A stretch of DNA of 64,000 nucleotides from Octopus sinensis (taxonomy: Eukaryota), in the NCBI RefSeq assembly GCF_006345805.1, contig NC_043004.1, positions 38,564,001 to 38,628,000 of the forward strand, written 5' to 3'. Made by a program: the position numbers and the translations under genes. The notes beneath the pieces were generated by a model. It was given only the letters and a program-made list of their open reading frames with translations. It was not told the DNA's origin and did no database searches. Positions 12,781 to 25,699 of this stretch are shown in pieces. Numbering within the stretch: position 1 is the stretch's first letter; the number at the start of each line of letters is the position of its first letter.

Positions 12781-13354
12781 ATTAGGATTATTCTGGTCCT
12801 GGTTACTTTGTAGACCATCATGTTACCGATATCACTAAATCTGAACTGACATATAATTACAGTTATTATCAGAACTATCATTACCGTCACTACCATCAAC
12901 AGTATTACAAAAATCATCTGCTATTCTTTTTGTCACCCCTATCACTACCTCTATTATTTCCATTATTAAGTTTACTACATATACGCCAACATTTACTAAA
13001 TCTATAAACAAATAAATACCATTATCATTTAAATTACCACAAATCAAACAATACATATTGCATATTTGCTAAATAATTACTAATGTTGTAATGTCATTTT
13101 AAAAATAAATGTTAAATGATGAGGATCATATAAAATATATCAAATGAAAGAAATGCACAATTATGAGTTTCGTTATCAGTTTCACAATATCAAATATTCC
13201 ATATAATCATGTTTTCAAGAAAAGAGCCTTTGCTTCAACTGACGTTGACCGTGCTTTTTTTTATTTCGGCGACGATAAAACGAGAAACAGCTGAACTCTG
13301 TGGTCGATGCATTGTGCCAAAATTTGAAACTAATATACGTAGGAAAATACGACG

Positions 13355-13566
13355 TTGAGCTAGCAGAATCGTTTACCTGGCAGGGCAAAATGCTTAGCGA
13401 CATTTCGTCTGTTTTTATGTTCTAAGTTAAAGTTCCGCCGACGTCGACTTAGACTTTCATTGTTCCAGGTTCCATAAAATAAGTACTAGTTGAGAACTAG
13501 GTTCGATGTAATTGACTAATGACATCCACAGAAAATGCTGGCCTTGTGCAAAAATTTGAAACCAGT
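13355..13566 (+). mobile_element. SINE family A copy
   Basis: gagctagcagaatcgttt head, core, and gctggccttgtgcaaaaatttgaaacc tail. Confidence 0.8.
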
Positions 13567-14057
13567 ATATGTTTTCGTTAACCTATAGACGTTTATACTA
13601 AATTAAAAATATTTGTTAGTATAACATATTTTTATAATGTGGATTTTCTTCCACTTGTATGGTATTGCCGGTGCTGAAATATTCTTGTCACCACTATTAC
13701 GTTGTGGCGGTATTCCTCGTCTTATTATCTTTAACTTGGCAATCGTGCTATCGCTGATAGCTCCGCAAGATAGACTAGAAACGTTTACCTTGTAAGTAAC
13801 ACGAACTTGTACATAACACTGATTCCAGCTGAGAACTACTACTACTGACTTTATTTCTTTATTGCCAACAAGGAGCCAACGAAGAGGGGACTATGCAAGG
13901 ACATTTGGGGACAAAACAAACGAAACAAAGGACGTACTGAGCTCAAGTTTCTCTCATATAAACTTACTTTTCACCCTTTCTTCTTCGATAAAATAAAGTG
14001 ATAATAAAACGGCATTGCTATTTTGACAGCATTGTTTAAATATTCGTAGGAAAACAG

Positions 14058-14260
14058 AGGGAGATGGCGGAATCGTTTAGCACGCCAGGCAAAATGTTGA
14101 GAGATGTTTCGTCCGTCTTTATGTTCTTAGTTCAAATTCCATCGAGGTCGTCTTTGTGTTTCATCCTTTCCCGGTCGATATAATAAATACCAGTTGAGCG
14201 TTGGTATCGATGTAATTGACTAACGACCTCTCCAAACTGTACAGATTTATGCTAAATTCA
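14058..14260 (+). mobile_element. SINE family A copy
   Basis: Head and core match. Confidence 0.75.
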
Positions 14261-14824
14261 AAATATTTGTGTATTTAACATAGATATAATTATATCATAT
14301 GTTATATTAGAGCTAATAATTGGTACGTTGGTACATTATCTAGGTAGTTGTTTTTCAATGATTTTATTCCCAAATGCATGCTTCGCATGATGAAAACATA
14401 ATTCTCCCAAGAATTTTAATAACTAAACAGCAACAACTTTTTAAAAATATGACAAAGGCTTTCTTCCATCTCACAGCTTTATTTATTTAAGATATTTCCC
14501 ACTTCAAATTGAGTGACTCCTCTTTGTTTACAACCGATCCAAAGGCATTCAGTTTGTTATCAAAGGTTATGGAACGTGAGAATATAAATAGTTGTATTTC
14601 CACATTAATGAGTGCATCGAATTTCTTTACCTTGTCTAATTGCTGATCATATGCACAGTTTATTCAGTGTTGAATATTCATGTCTTCTGTTTCAATGTAT
14701 ACTTGTAAAGAAATTCCCATATATATGGTTATTTCCATATGTCAGACACTTCCGGAGGAAATAAGAGAACATCAATGACTGCATAAATGCAGCAGGTTAT
14801 AAATTTATGCTGTGTGACACATCA

Positions 14825-14998
14825 CTCTTTTATTGTTTCAGTAATTTGTCTGCAGTCTTGGTGGAGCACCGCCGTTAGTTGAACAAATCGACTCAATGAT
14901 TTATTTTTCTAAGCTTATCGGTGTCTATACTGAACCGCTATGTTACGGGGACGTAACTCACCAATATCGGTTGTCAAGGGATTGTGAGGGAGACAAAT
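14825..14998 (-). mobile_element. SINE family B 3' fragment
   Basis: Matches 39036-39230 (ggagcaccgcc..ttagt, gaaccgcta.gttacggggacgtaa). Confidence 0.7.
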
Positions 14999-15803
14999 TA
15001 TTACTACAGAGCCATGCCTGCGCCTACATTCAACTTTCTATTTTAAAATCTTTCATAATCAGATTTCACCTGGAAATACTTCAAAACACTGCAACAATAT
15101 TACCTTTGCTGCCTTCCTTTTGCTGCACTTAGCAGAAGGTAAAAAATATAGTAACAAAAACAGTATTCCAAATTCTCTTTTTCCTGTTCAAATCCTCGTC
15201 CATATAAATCATATTCAAATATTGCATTAACGCACCGATTATTGGCTCAATTATAACAGTTAATATAATAATGTCTATGTTATATGAATAAACAGATAAA
15301 CTTAGTGTAAATCTCTATAGACTGACTTTGGAAAATACTGCGTCTTCCTACGAATATTAAACGATGTTTTAGAAATAGTAGGTAGCGTATTATTATTTAT
15401 ATATTATTCTATTGTTCTGAGGCAACGAATGCTTATATTGCTTCACAAGCTAAGCATAAATTGTCATTCTTTGCCTGGAAATATGTTCGCACGGATCATT
15501 TGAAATAGTGAAATTGATAATCAAATTCAAAATAATGCGTTTGATTCATTTGACATATTTTATATGATGCTCAACAAGTATGTTATTGACAGTGACTTTG
15601 TCGTTTCGGCCATTTAAGCTATCGTTCGACGACTGAGTCTTCTATCATACAGGGTCGATAAAATAAGTCCCACTCAATGTTTGGGGTAAGTACAGTCGAC
15701 TCCCGCTCCATCGAAATACTTGTAGCCTTCTGTTTAAATGTATTGTTCTTATTTTTGTTGCTGGTTTTTGTTCCTGATATTGTTATTACTATTAATATTA
15801 TTA

Positions 15804-16210
15804 AGGTGGTGAGCTGGCTTAGGCGTTAGCACGCCGGGCAAAATTTTTATCGGCATTTCGTCCCTCTTTATGTTCTGGGCTCAAATTCATCCGAGATCGA
15901 ATTTACCTTCTATCCTTTGGTGGCCGATAAAATAAGTACCAAAATACCATTGCTATTTTGAAATCATTGTTTAATATTCGTAGGAAAACAGAGCGAGGAG
16001 CTATCAAAACTGTTTAGCTCGCCCGCAACATGCTGAGAGGCATTTTGTCCGTCTTTATGTTCTAAGTTTAAATTCCACTGAGGTCGACATTACCTTTCAT
16101 TCTTTCGGAGTCGATTAAAGTAAGTACCAGTTGGGCAATGGGACCGATGTAATCGGCCAACACTCCCTCCAGAAATTGCTGATCTTGTCCCGTAATTTGG
16201 AACCGATATT
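15804..16210 (+). mobile_element. Two adjacent SINE family A copies (15804-15940 and 15995-16210)
   Basis: Head and core match. Confidence 0.75.
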
Positions 16211-17749
16211 TGTAGAAAATTCTGTGTTTTCGTAAGTCATTCTAAAGAGGTTTATAAGAAAAGTTGAAAATACATTTATAGATATAAGTATATAAAGTGT
16301 TACATGAAAGCCAGTAATTAGTACGTTGTACAATATTTGGGTATTTGTTGTCAACGACGATTTTGTTTAGATATGCATACATTTTGCAATACCACCTATT
16401 TAGAAATATGAATTTTGCTAGCTTTTGTTCTATCTCAGAGCTTTACAAATATAAGATATATCCCACTTCAAAGGGAAAATGCAGTGACTCTTCTCACGGC
16501 GTATCCACGGTCATTCAGTTTACTATCAGATGTTATACAACGTGATGATTAAATCGTCGCCTTTCCAGTTTACCCTGAATTAATACATTGAGGTTTTCAT
16601 AACAGAGAGTACATAATGTATAGAAAAAAAAACAATCAAAAAGATTTTGATTGTCTAATTGCTAACGATTTTCACAAATCAGTCTGTGTTAATCATTCAT
16701 GTCCGTTGTTTCAATACGTATTTGTACAAGAAATTTTTCATGCTGTATTTCAGAGCCATATTCACTTATTCCATTGTTATTTTAAAAAGTTATAGATGTT
16801 TAAAGATGTTTACTGCGACAGAAAACAGGATTAAAAAGCTGTCATTTTGTGTGAAACGACAAAAAAATAATGTCAGCATTACTTGATGGCACGTGTTTAT
16901 GCATTCAGTAAACGAAAAATAGCCAAACAACGAGTAAATAAGTAAATAACACATATTTCGTAGTTTTAATCATTCAAGAGTTGGGTATAGAAAATGAAAG
17001 CTATCAGCTGTTTATTTATTGATTTGTGGCAAAACTGAATTTCATGTCAATAATTAGTATACAAAACTATATAAATACACCAAATTTGAAATTTATTGAA
17101 ACAAAATTGAAGAAATTGAAAAGTGGCAACAAAAAAAAAAAAAAGAAAGAAAAAGGTCTTGTTTGTAAAGATTATGTTTATAAAGTCATTCTGTCGTATT
17201 TATCTATGCGGCGAGCCTCTTGAGAGTTTGTGTAAACTATAACTGTCAAACAGGCCTAGAATGACGCTATGTTGATCTCTGGCATGCTGATAGTGTATCA
17301 TTCAAGCACGATAGTGTTTGACTATATTCTTAAGTCCATCACTTCGTCAATTGCAAACTGTTAACAGTTTTAAAGGGGGCACCTCCTCAGCTACACTTTG
17401 GTATAAATAGTTTGAGATTTGGTTCAGAAGAAAAAAAATTTATATCAAAATGTCTGCGACCTCATGGGGTGCAGTAAGGTCCCTATTCACATTCAATTAA
17501 CATAAACTTTTTAGTTGAAAAATAAAAGTATACTTTTTTATGCTTAAATGATAGAAAAATGCATGAGGAATTCAGAGTCGTTAGTCGTATTGAACAAAAA
17601 TTAGTAGAAGAATAGTTATGGGGTGAAATGCTACGAAATTTCGTGTCAGTAAGTTAGAGAGTAAGGAAGAAAGGCTTAGCAATAAGAATAAAGTATATAT
17701 TGTTAAAATGAATGTTTACGTTCTAAGGTGGCGGGCTGGCAGAAACAGT

Positions 17750-18718
17750 CTCCAACATCTTAAGGAAGGAATAAAAAATAACTTCAAACTTTACCAAGGC
17801 GCAATATAAAACACTGACCAAACTAAAAAGCAAAAATCTTGTATACTTACCATCAGATAGATATAGGAAAAGAAATCTGCGTGATTTCTTGTGAACTATA
17901 TGATAGACTGGCACTAGAACATTTAAGCAATGTCAGGCTATATTCTGAAGTGACAGATATAAGTGCGACCAGCATTGAGGAGCAAATTAACACCACATGG
18001 ACGGACATCTGTAGACGGAGACAAATACATAATAAATTCAAGAACAACTTCATCACAAAGAACAGTAGAATACCCAGATTTTATCCCCTCATTAACACAC
18101 ACAAGAATAGCGACACGATCCAGATTAGACCCATTGTCTCCAACATGGAAGGACCTCTATTTAAAATATCCTGGTTACTTTCTCACATCCTGAAACCCAT
18201 ACTCTCCACCTTTCCTGGACACGTTGAAGAACTCCGAAGTCATTAAAAGACTGCACCAGGTGCCCCTACACCGACTTAGGCAGAATAGATATGCCCTTAG
18301 TCTTGACGTTGTCTCAATGTACACAACGGTGTCAGCACACTCAGCGGTCAACCTATTGACTGACTGCATAATAACGTCCAACAGCCAATGGTTCGAACTT
18401 ACCGCAGCTGATATACTTAAACTTTTGTCCATCATCGTGGACAACACCTACTTCTATTTCCAGGAACACAAATACAAACAGACAACAGGTTTCCCCATGG
18501 GATCCAGTCTCTTGAGCCTACTAGCCATCACTTATATGAACCATCTGGAACTTCAAGCACTCTGCCGCTCATGCGCCTTCTTCACCAGATACGTAGATGA
18601 CATCCTCACACTCACATCCTCCCGTGAAGAGACTGACAGAATATCACGACGTTCAATAACATAGACATGAACATAAAGTTCACTAAAATTCCCAACATCA
18701 CTGGATCACTATCAATAC
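17750..18718 (+). mobile_element. Penelope-like element RT fragment (frameshifted)
   Basis: PRFYPL.NTHK, IRPIVS, SLDVVSMYTTV, YKQTTGFPMGS and RYVDDI are PLE RT motifs. Confidence 0.9.
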
Positions 18719-18899
18719 TTGGCGGAAGAGGCGTTTAAAAAAGGCATTTCGATTGACTTGCAGATGGCGACAGTGACCATTGACCGATTCTGCTTTGATA
18801 TTTACATAGGTTACTTTGTCGGAGCGAGGGCGAATGGTCTAGGTCATGAGGGAAAGCCTCATGGTGGGCAAGGTAAAAGAGGATCAATGTATCAACAAA

Positions 18900-20340
18900 C
18901 CACAATTCGGTATTTGATAGCTTAGGAAGGGCACGTGATACTCAATTTCAAGTAGATGTGTGCGGCTTTTCAGTTGCGCATTGCTCAATTGTTTGGAGAG
19001 ACGCGGTGAGCGGGATTGAACTTTATCACCTAACTTGCTTGTTTGCAGCAACTCTTGATTGAGGCTATGGAGTTCTGTGAGAGGCCGATAATGATTAACG
19101 AAATAAGAAAGAGTTGACTGGATGCTAGATTGGGAAGTTACCGGTTTTGGAAAGACTGTCCTATAGGTTTTATCGTCATATGCGCATGTGCCAGATTTGT
19201 TTGAGAGCGTCTTGTATGATATTTACTGCAAAAAGCAGCAGAACAGGAGATTTTTCTATCCAGATAAAATACGTATATTGGTGCTAGTGCAAAATGACCA
19301 GGAAAAGGAATGGATTTTATAATTCTAATAACTCTGTTTAAATTATAGGAGATTTTGGACAAAGTGTTAGTATAGAGGATGGAACTTGTCATTGCTACAC
19401 TCCTAGGGGAGACACAAACATATGCCATTTGAAACAGATATGTTAGGTATGTCATATGACAAAAATGGGGCTTTTCTCAATTAGGATCAGTCGAAAGTAT
19501 TTGATAGCCTCAGCCATCAATACTTGGCTGTTTTCCTTAAGGCGGCTAGTTTCCAGTAATCTTCAGAAACTGGAGTGTTGCAATGTACTATTATATTTGC
19601 TCGGTGGCCAGAGAAGATGATCATTTGAAGGAGCAGTTTAATATCATGCTCCCAGGCAGTAAAACGAGACCCTCCTCTCCCTCTCTCTCTCTCTCCACGT
19701 CCGTACTTACTGAATGTAGAGCAACTTTTTCAGAAGTTCAAGGTTTTGATTGATCCCTTCAAGACTAGGATCTGGAAGAATCGAGTCTTCATTTGGAGAT
19801 GACGCCACTGTGATAGTATCGGACACCAAATACATTAAGGTGATCATTACTGCCATGAGGAACATTGAGGCTGTTACAGGAGCAAAAGTTAACCAGGGAA
19901 AATCCCTGGGTCTGCAGGGCTGCACCCGTGGTAATAAAATCCACACCTTCGAACAGAAGGATGGAGGATTTGTATTACTCGGGATTTGGTTTGCTCCAAG
20001 CATCCATTTGCACAAGAAATGGAAAGAGGTAGTGATGCGAGCGGAAGGCTAATCTCACCTAAGAAGAGCTGAGAAGAAACAATCTCTGAAGGGCAGGGAG
20101 TAGATGGTGAATGTTTACATTGCATGCGACATATTCAAACCCCTAACCGTCATGCCTTCTCCCGCTTCATTGTTGACCAGATTAGAGCTTGCTTTCCCGT
20201 TTACTGTTGTTCGGACGTGTTCCGTTGGCTAGACCATCAATTGGGTGTCAGCATCTACCAAACGAACAACTAAGGCGTGCGTGGCTAATGATGTGCAGGC
20301 ATAGACTTTGGCTATAAGTGCTAGAACGTTTTTTGTTTGA
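18900..20340 (+). mobile_element. Highly degenerate Tx1 ORF2 remnant
   Basis: GL..L.YRFY, DQSKVFD, FGDDATVIV, TGAKVNQGKS and LLGIWF; homologous to 1650-2450. Confidence 0.8.
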
Positions 20341-21079
20341 TGGTGTATAGCTACAGAGCAGAATTCAGTTATCTGCGCAATTCCTGTTTCAAACTTCCAT
20401 CATAAAAATTTCATTCAAAATTAAAAATTTGGTTAATTTGTATTGTAATAATTAAAAGTATTATAAGCATCTAATATATAATTTGTCAAGTTATTTTTGA
20501 GTTAAATTTATAGTGAATTTGGAAAAAATTCGTTTTCCCATGTATAATTTTCATAAACTAATATTATGTTTGAAAAATGAAATATAATTTTATTTGTTTC
20601 TTTCCTTACTTTCTTTCGTCAGCATAGGCTATTTAAAACTATATTGAGTCTCGTAGAAAGTGCTACTGGAAATGATATTCCAAAATTAGGATTTTTCTGC
20701 CACACACGTAATCCGCATCAAAATAACTTTTTAGTGTCATGGCTTTTTAATGTTCACATCTGGAATAAATATCGTATATTTTGCAATTGTCCAAACTTAT
20801 TTTCCCCTGCCGGTCAATGCTCTACACATTTGTTCATGAATAAATATGAGGAAATCATGAATATTTAAGGAAATTATTCTTCAATACTATTGTGATATAA
20901 AGAGGCAATTTCCTTGTCGTAGCATCATAGTTTCAAGTGATCAAATTACGTCACTGCATACCCTGCTGAGGTAATAACAATAACCATGGTTGCAGTTGAA
21001 GGACTGCGAATCGACGCTAGTATACATTTAAAGTTAAACCCCATCACCATTGTCTATCTATTGTCGAACCGCAAAGTTT

Positions 21080-21157
21080 GCTGGGTCGTAAACCCATCAG
21101 CAACGGTTGTCGAGTGGTGGTGGGGAGCATACAGACAAGAAATTAACGTGCACGCAC

Positions 21158-21189
<32 letters not shown>

Positions 21190-21300
21190 GCACACACACA
21201 CATACAACGACTGTCTTCTTTCAGTTCTTTGCTCGACCTGAGGCTACAGTAAAAGACACTTGCTCATGGTGTTACGAATTTGACCGAACTCGGAACCACG
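21080..21300 (-). mobile_element. SINE family B fragment followed by (CATA)n at 21301-21415
   Basis: tcttctttcagtt...gaggctacagtaaaagacacttgc...gaccgaactcggaaccacg. Confidence 0.7.
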
Positions 21301-21419
21301 TACATACATGCATACATAATACATACATACATACATACAAGCATACATACATACATACATACATACATACATACATACATACATACATACATACATACAT
21401 ACATACATACATACTTCAT

Positions 21420-22009
21420 GGTGGTTGCAAACATGTGTTCCAGTATTGCCATCGCCTTATCTAAAGGTCCAAACATGCGAAGTCTACGATCAACCATGTT
21501 TGTGATAGGTCTCTTTTTTTTCAAGCGATGCCTGTGCATGATGATTTTTTATTGTGAAGCAGCGTGTCAAAGTGGACTAGCAAGACACACAATACGTAGA
21601 GCGTTGCTTAATGAATTTAATTTTCCTCTGTGGAAACCCCTGTAAGTGCAGGAGGAGCTAAAACCTGAAGAATGTGACCGTAGATGTCCAGAACTCCAGA
21701 AATCCAGATTACACTCCATGGGAGTTTTAGCTGTGGGGCTACAGAAAAAGGAAGTGTGAAAGACAAATCATTGAAGACACAGATTCAGGAGGTTGTCAAT
21801 GATATCCCAGACAACGCCCGTCAGAAGGTTGTTCGTTCCATTCCTGGCCGTTTGAGGAAACTGGTTGACGCCATCGGTGCTTCGGTCGAAATATGAAGAC
21901 TTACTTTCATTTTCGAATAAAGAATATGTATGATTTGTTTCAATAAATTTGAAAAAGTAATATGGATTTTGGTACCAATTTTTAATGCCTACTTACTTCT
22001 CCCCCTGTA
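21420..22009 (+). mobile_element. Tc1/mariner-type transposon remnant (3' part and TIR)
   Basis: Transposase tail 'LKTQIQEV...KVVRSIPGRLRKLVDA.G'; ends acttctccccctg|ta. Confidence 0.6.
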
Positions 22010-22385
22010 TATATATATATTGTAATATATATTTGCCAACTAAGTGTGGCGTACTATATAGGACAGTGCCGCTGTCGTTTATAGCCACAAGAAGATATCT
22101 CCCCCAGCTGGCTAACGACACAGTCTGTGTCCGATTAGTATTTGCAAGGGATAGTCGCCCCTCCCTTTTCTAGCTTTACGAGGTACATGCGGAGTCGAGT
22201 TTCTGGGTAGTTAACCCTCCTCAGCCTGTGTTAATCTCTAACTAGTGGTGAAAGCTCATTCCACTCGCAAATTATTATATACTTTTCTAGCGACTCATTG
22301 GTAAATATATGTTAGCATTCCGTGCAGCCACTGTAGCCACTGTAGCTCAGAGATTTAATATATATATACATATATTTAGAGATAG

Positions 22386-22457
<72 letters not shown>

Positions 22458-23080
22458 CACTCGTGACCTCGTGGCTGCTAAGTGAGTTTCTTGGCACAGA
22501 GATGAGTTTCATTAGTGCACGAAACTAACCACATTTTATAACTCCGAAAAGACGATGTTATATATAGAGAGACAGACGCATACGCAAACACATACAAATA
22601 TATATATATATATATACTAGCATTAAAGACCCGTCGTTGCCGGGTCATAGTGCTTGTGCATGTATATATGTATATATATATGTGTACATATTACATGTAC
22701 ATCTATATATATACATCTACACGTAAAATACAAAATACAAAGTTATATCTTGATATCGCTAGTGATAACAATACTCAAAATATATAACAGACTGGAATTG
22801 TTAGCCCGTCTCTTGTAATTTCGATCAATTGTATCTTGTCCTCCCTCTTGGATAGAAGTGTGGCTACAATCCAGCTTACCTCTGCTTCTGGGGGGGGGGG
22901 GTATTATAAATTTTTTTTCCGGGACGTCCTACGTCCCAGATATAAAATTAAAAATAAAATATTTCCACTTTGCAAGTTCGAGTCGAGTACTCTCTTGCAC
23001 GCTCCGTTGACTCGAACCTTGCTTCTATTACCTTTCATAGTCGCACCAAGACACTTTTCGAAGGTGCTTTCCTCCATGTA

Positions 23081-24770
23081 ATTTCTTTATTACCCACCAG
23101 GGGCTACGAAGAATGGCGGACATAACAAAACATGGGGGACATAGAACAATATGATTAAATTTATGAGCAAATGAAAATGAAAAAATGATAATATGAAAGC
23201 GATGCTAACGGCCCCCTCCGCCAGCATCACTTACCTGTCCTTTTGTTTTCACTGTCACCTGAATGTTCATTCCCAATACGAAGACCATCCATATCCATTC
23301 TTACTCCGAAACTGTCCTCCATATATTCCACGAATTCATCGCTCATTCTTGTATCTTTCACCTCCCAATCCTCTCTTTCACACCTCAACACAAACTCATC
23401 TATATTCTTCTTTTCCAGCACTGTATATCTGGTCCCATCCATTTCATACCATTCATACTCCTCCATTACCCTTTTAACTTCTTTCTGTTCAGTCACGATA
23501 TAAATGTTCGGCCTGGGTTCGTTTTCAAACTCTTGTCTGTCTGTATTATTATTTTTCTTTTGTTTTCTTGTTGGAGGGGAGCGGGTGGGTTCACTGTCTG
23601 CAGGGGAAGGGTGGGATTCAGAGGGTGCGGGTGGTGTTGGGGTGGGTTGGGGCTTCGCACAGTTTTTCTTTTTCCTTCTTTTTCTCTTTTTTCTTCCTTC
23701 TTCCCACTCTTGTTGCATCTCCTCTTCTTCTGTCGTTTCTTTTTCCGTTTGGTTCTCTTTGGTTTCTTCCTCTTTTGGGGCTTCCGCGACGATTTCCTTT
23801 TCTTTTTCCTTTGGTGGGGGAGGGCAGTAGGCTCTTATGTGACCCCTCAGGCCACACTTGTAGCACCTGGGCGCCCTACCCTCCACCCACACTCTCATAA
23901 TAATATTTCCAGTTTTTATACTGTCCGTAAGCTTTTCTATAACTTCCGCCTCCGTCTGTATGTTCATTACTAGTGTGGCACCTCTCACGCCTTCATATTT
24001 CATAATGGCGTGGAGGATGTCCACTTTATCTTCATTTCCTTTGATAACCGCAGCCGTTATTAATTCGCCCTCTAGGTGTGGAGGTATTGCTTCCACCCTA
24101 ATTCTGGTGGTCCTTCTATTCAAATACGAGGGGAACAAGTAAAACTTTTCTGTACTCACCACCTTGGCTGCTATATTCCTGGCTGCTTTCTCACTTTTAA
24201 ATTGTACCGTTATGGTTCCATATTCTAATCCTTTTGTCATGTACACAATTTCTTCTCCTGACTGTTTGAGAGCCTCTTCAATTGCTTCCATGTTAATCAC
24301 TTCCATTTTTCTACCTCCATTCATAACTACTTTATATTTAATGGTTCTACGATGGAACCAGTCTCCGCGCCCTGCTGGAGGCAGTAGCTCGACCTCTCCG
24401 TTCTCGACCTCCTTCATGAACTCCTGGAAGCCCGTCAACTTAGCCAGGTCTATCTCTTTTTCTGTTGACTTCTTCGTTACACCTGCGTAGGTGCTTTCCA
24501 TTTTTTTCACCGCCAACTCCTCCTCCGATGTCGACGAATTTTCAGAGAAATTTCTCCCTTCCATCTCATCCGTTTGGTAGAGGCGGCTCATTGTCGCCTC
24601 AGACCGAAAAACGGCCTCCCGAACAGAAAACGTGCGACGCACAGAACCAGTGCGACGCGAAACCGCACCAACCGACGTTCCAATTCCGCAACCACAATTC
24701 ACTTTTTGTTCTTTTTTCTTTTTTAACCGAATTTTACAGAGCGCAAAAAAAAAACGCGACCTTTTTTCTC
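23081..24770 (-). mobile_element. ORF1-only Tx1-derived retroelement
   Basis: GC-rich 5' UTR, ORF1, then a ~145-nt 3' UTR ending agcccctggtgggtaataaagaaat, similar to the Tx1 and SINE tails in this window; no ORF2. Confidence 0.7.
23227..24591 (-). CDS. Tx1/L1-type ORF1 (Gag-like nucleic-acid chaperone with CCHC zinc knuckle), 454 aa from the first ATG
   Basis: Uninterrupted ORF; EGRAPRCYKCGLRGHIRAYC (C-X2-C-X4-H-X4-C); RRM-like region; Glu/Lys-rich and NLS-like tail. Confidence 0.88.
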   Translation of the reverse strand: MSRLYQTDEMEGRNFSENSSTSEEELAVKKMESTYAGVTKKSTEKEIDLAKLTGFQEFMKEVENGEVELLPPAGRGDWFHRRTIKYKVVMNGGRKMEVINMEAIEEALKQSGEEIVYMTKGLEYGTITVQFKSEKAARNIAAKVVSTEKFYLFPSYLNRRTTRIRVEAIPPHLEGELITAAVIKGNEDKVDILHAIMKYEGVRGATLVMNIQTEAEVIEKLTDSIKTGNIIMRVWVEGRAPRCYKCGLRGHIRAYCPPPPKEKEKEIVAEAPKEEETKENQTEKETTEEEEMQQEWEEGRKKRKRRKKKNCAKPQPTPTPPAPSESHPSPADSEPTRSPPTRKQKKNNNTDRQEFENEPRPNIYIVTEQKEVKRVMEEYEWYEMDGTRYTVLEKKNIDEFVLRCEREDWEVKDTRMSDEFVEYMEDSFGVRMDMDGLRIGNEHSGDSENKRTGK

Positions 24771-25080
24771 TACATTGTATACTTTATAGACAATAGTCTT
24801 TTCTTTAATTTAATTTTTTATTATCCATCTGGACTATTCCATTTCTGCACGCTAATTTTATTTTTAATTTATTCCCATTCATGTGAAACCACTTATTCAA
24901 GTTCAACTCATTGATGCAATTTTAAACCAATTTTTACTTTTGTTATGTTACTTTTGATTTTAATTATTACTTACTACATATAATTCAATTGTTATTATTA
25001 TTTTTATTGTTAAAGTGGAAGTATTTGACATAAAATAGAGAAACGTTTTTGTTTCACTTTTAACACGTAATACTGAAATT

Positions 25081-25553
25081 GTGGAGAAGATATGATATTG
25101 CTATGTGCTCACTCTAGGCAAGAAGTTGAACATTTTTTTGCCCATGAAACTACATGGACTCTAAGTAAGGCATGTGTAAAATTTGAATGGAATTGGTTGA
25201 GTAGTTCTCGAGGTTTTGGGAATCGTAGTGGAGAAGATATGATATTGCTGTGGGCTCGCCCTAGGCAAAAAGTTCAAAATTCTTTGCCGATGACACTCCC
25301 TAGACCCTAAGTAATGCATATGTAAAATTTGAATCGTAGTGGAGAAGATATGATATTGCTGTGGGCTCGCCCTAAGCAAAAAGTTCAAAATTCTTTGCCG
25401 ATGACACTCCCCAGACCCTAAGTAATGCATATGTAAAATTTGAATCGTAGTGGAGAAGATATGATATTGCTGTGGACTCGCCCTAGGCAAAAAGTTCAAA
25501 ATTCTTTGCCGATGACACTCCCCGGACCCTAAGTAATGCATATGTAAAATTTG
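25081..25553. repeat. 111-bp minisatellite: 3 near-identical copies (25221, 25332, 25443) plus one diverged copy
   Basis: Read directly; it produces the 37-aa repeats in ORF 25161..25622. Confidence 0.95.
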
Positions 25554-25642
25554 AATGAAATTGGTTGTGTAGTTCTCAAGTTTTATGGAAACACACAGAC
25601 AGACAGACAGACACACACACATTCTCAGTTTTATATATATAA

Positions 25643-25695
<53 letters not shown>

Positions 25696-25699
<4 letters not shown>

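Larger units (their letters stand above)
22616..25646. mobile_element. Helentron-associated (HINE/DINE-1-like) non-autonomous element, interrupted by the Tx1 ORF1 element
   Basis: Begins actagc...gacccg-tcgttgc-cgggtc hairpin; ends (GACA)n...ttttatatatataaagat; internal minisatellite. Confidence 0.6.

Noticed and set aside
23243-24490. Several plus-strand ORFs of up to 236 aa
   Set aside because: Antisense shadows of the purine-rich ORF1.
25081-25553. Regularly spaced repeats resembling a CRISPR array, and a 37-aa repeat protein
   Set aside because: Contiguous 111-bp units with no unique spacers, no cas genes and a eukaryotic context; the ORF is a by-product of a unit length divisible by 3.
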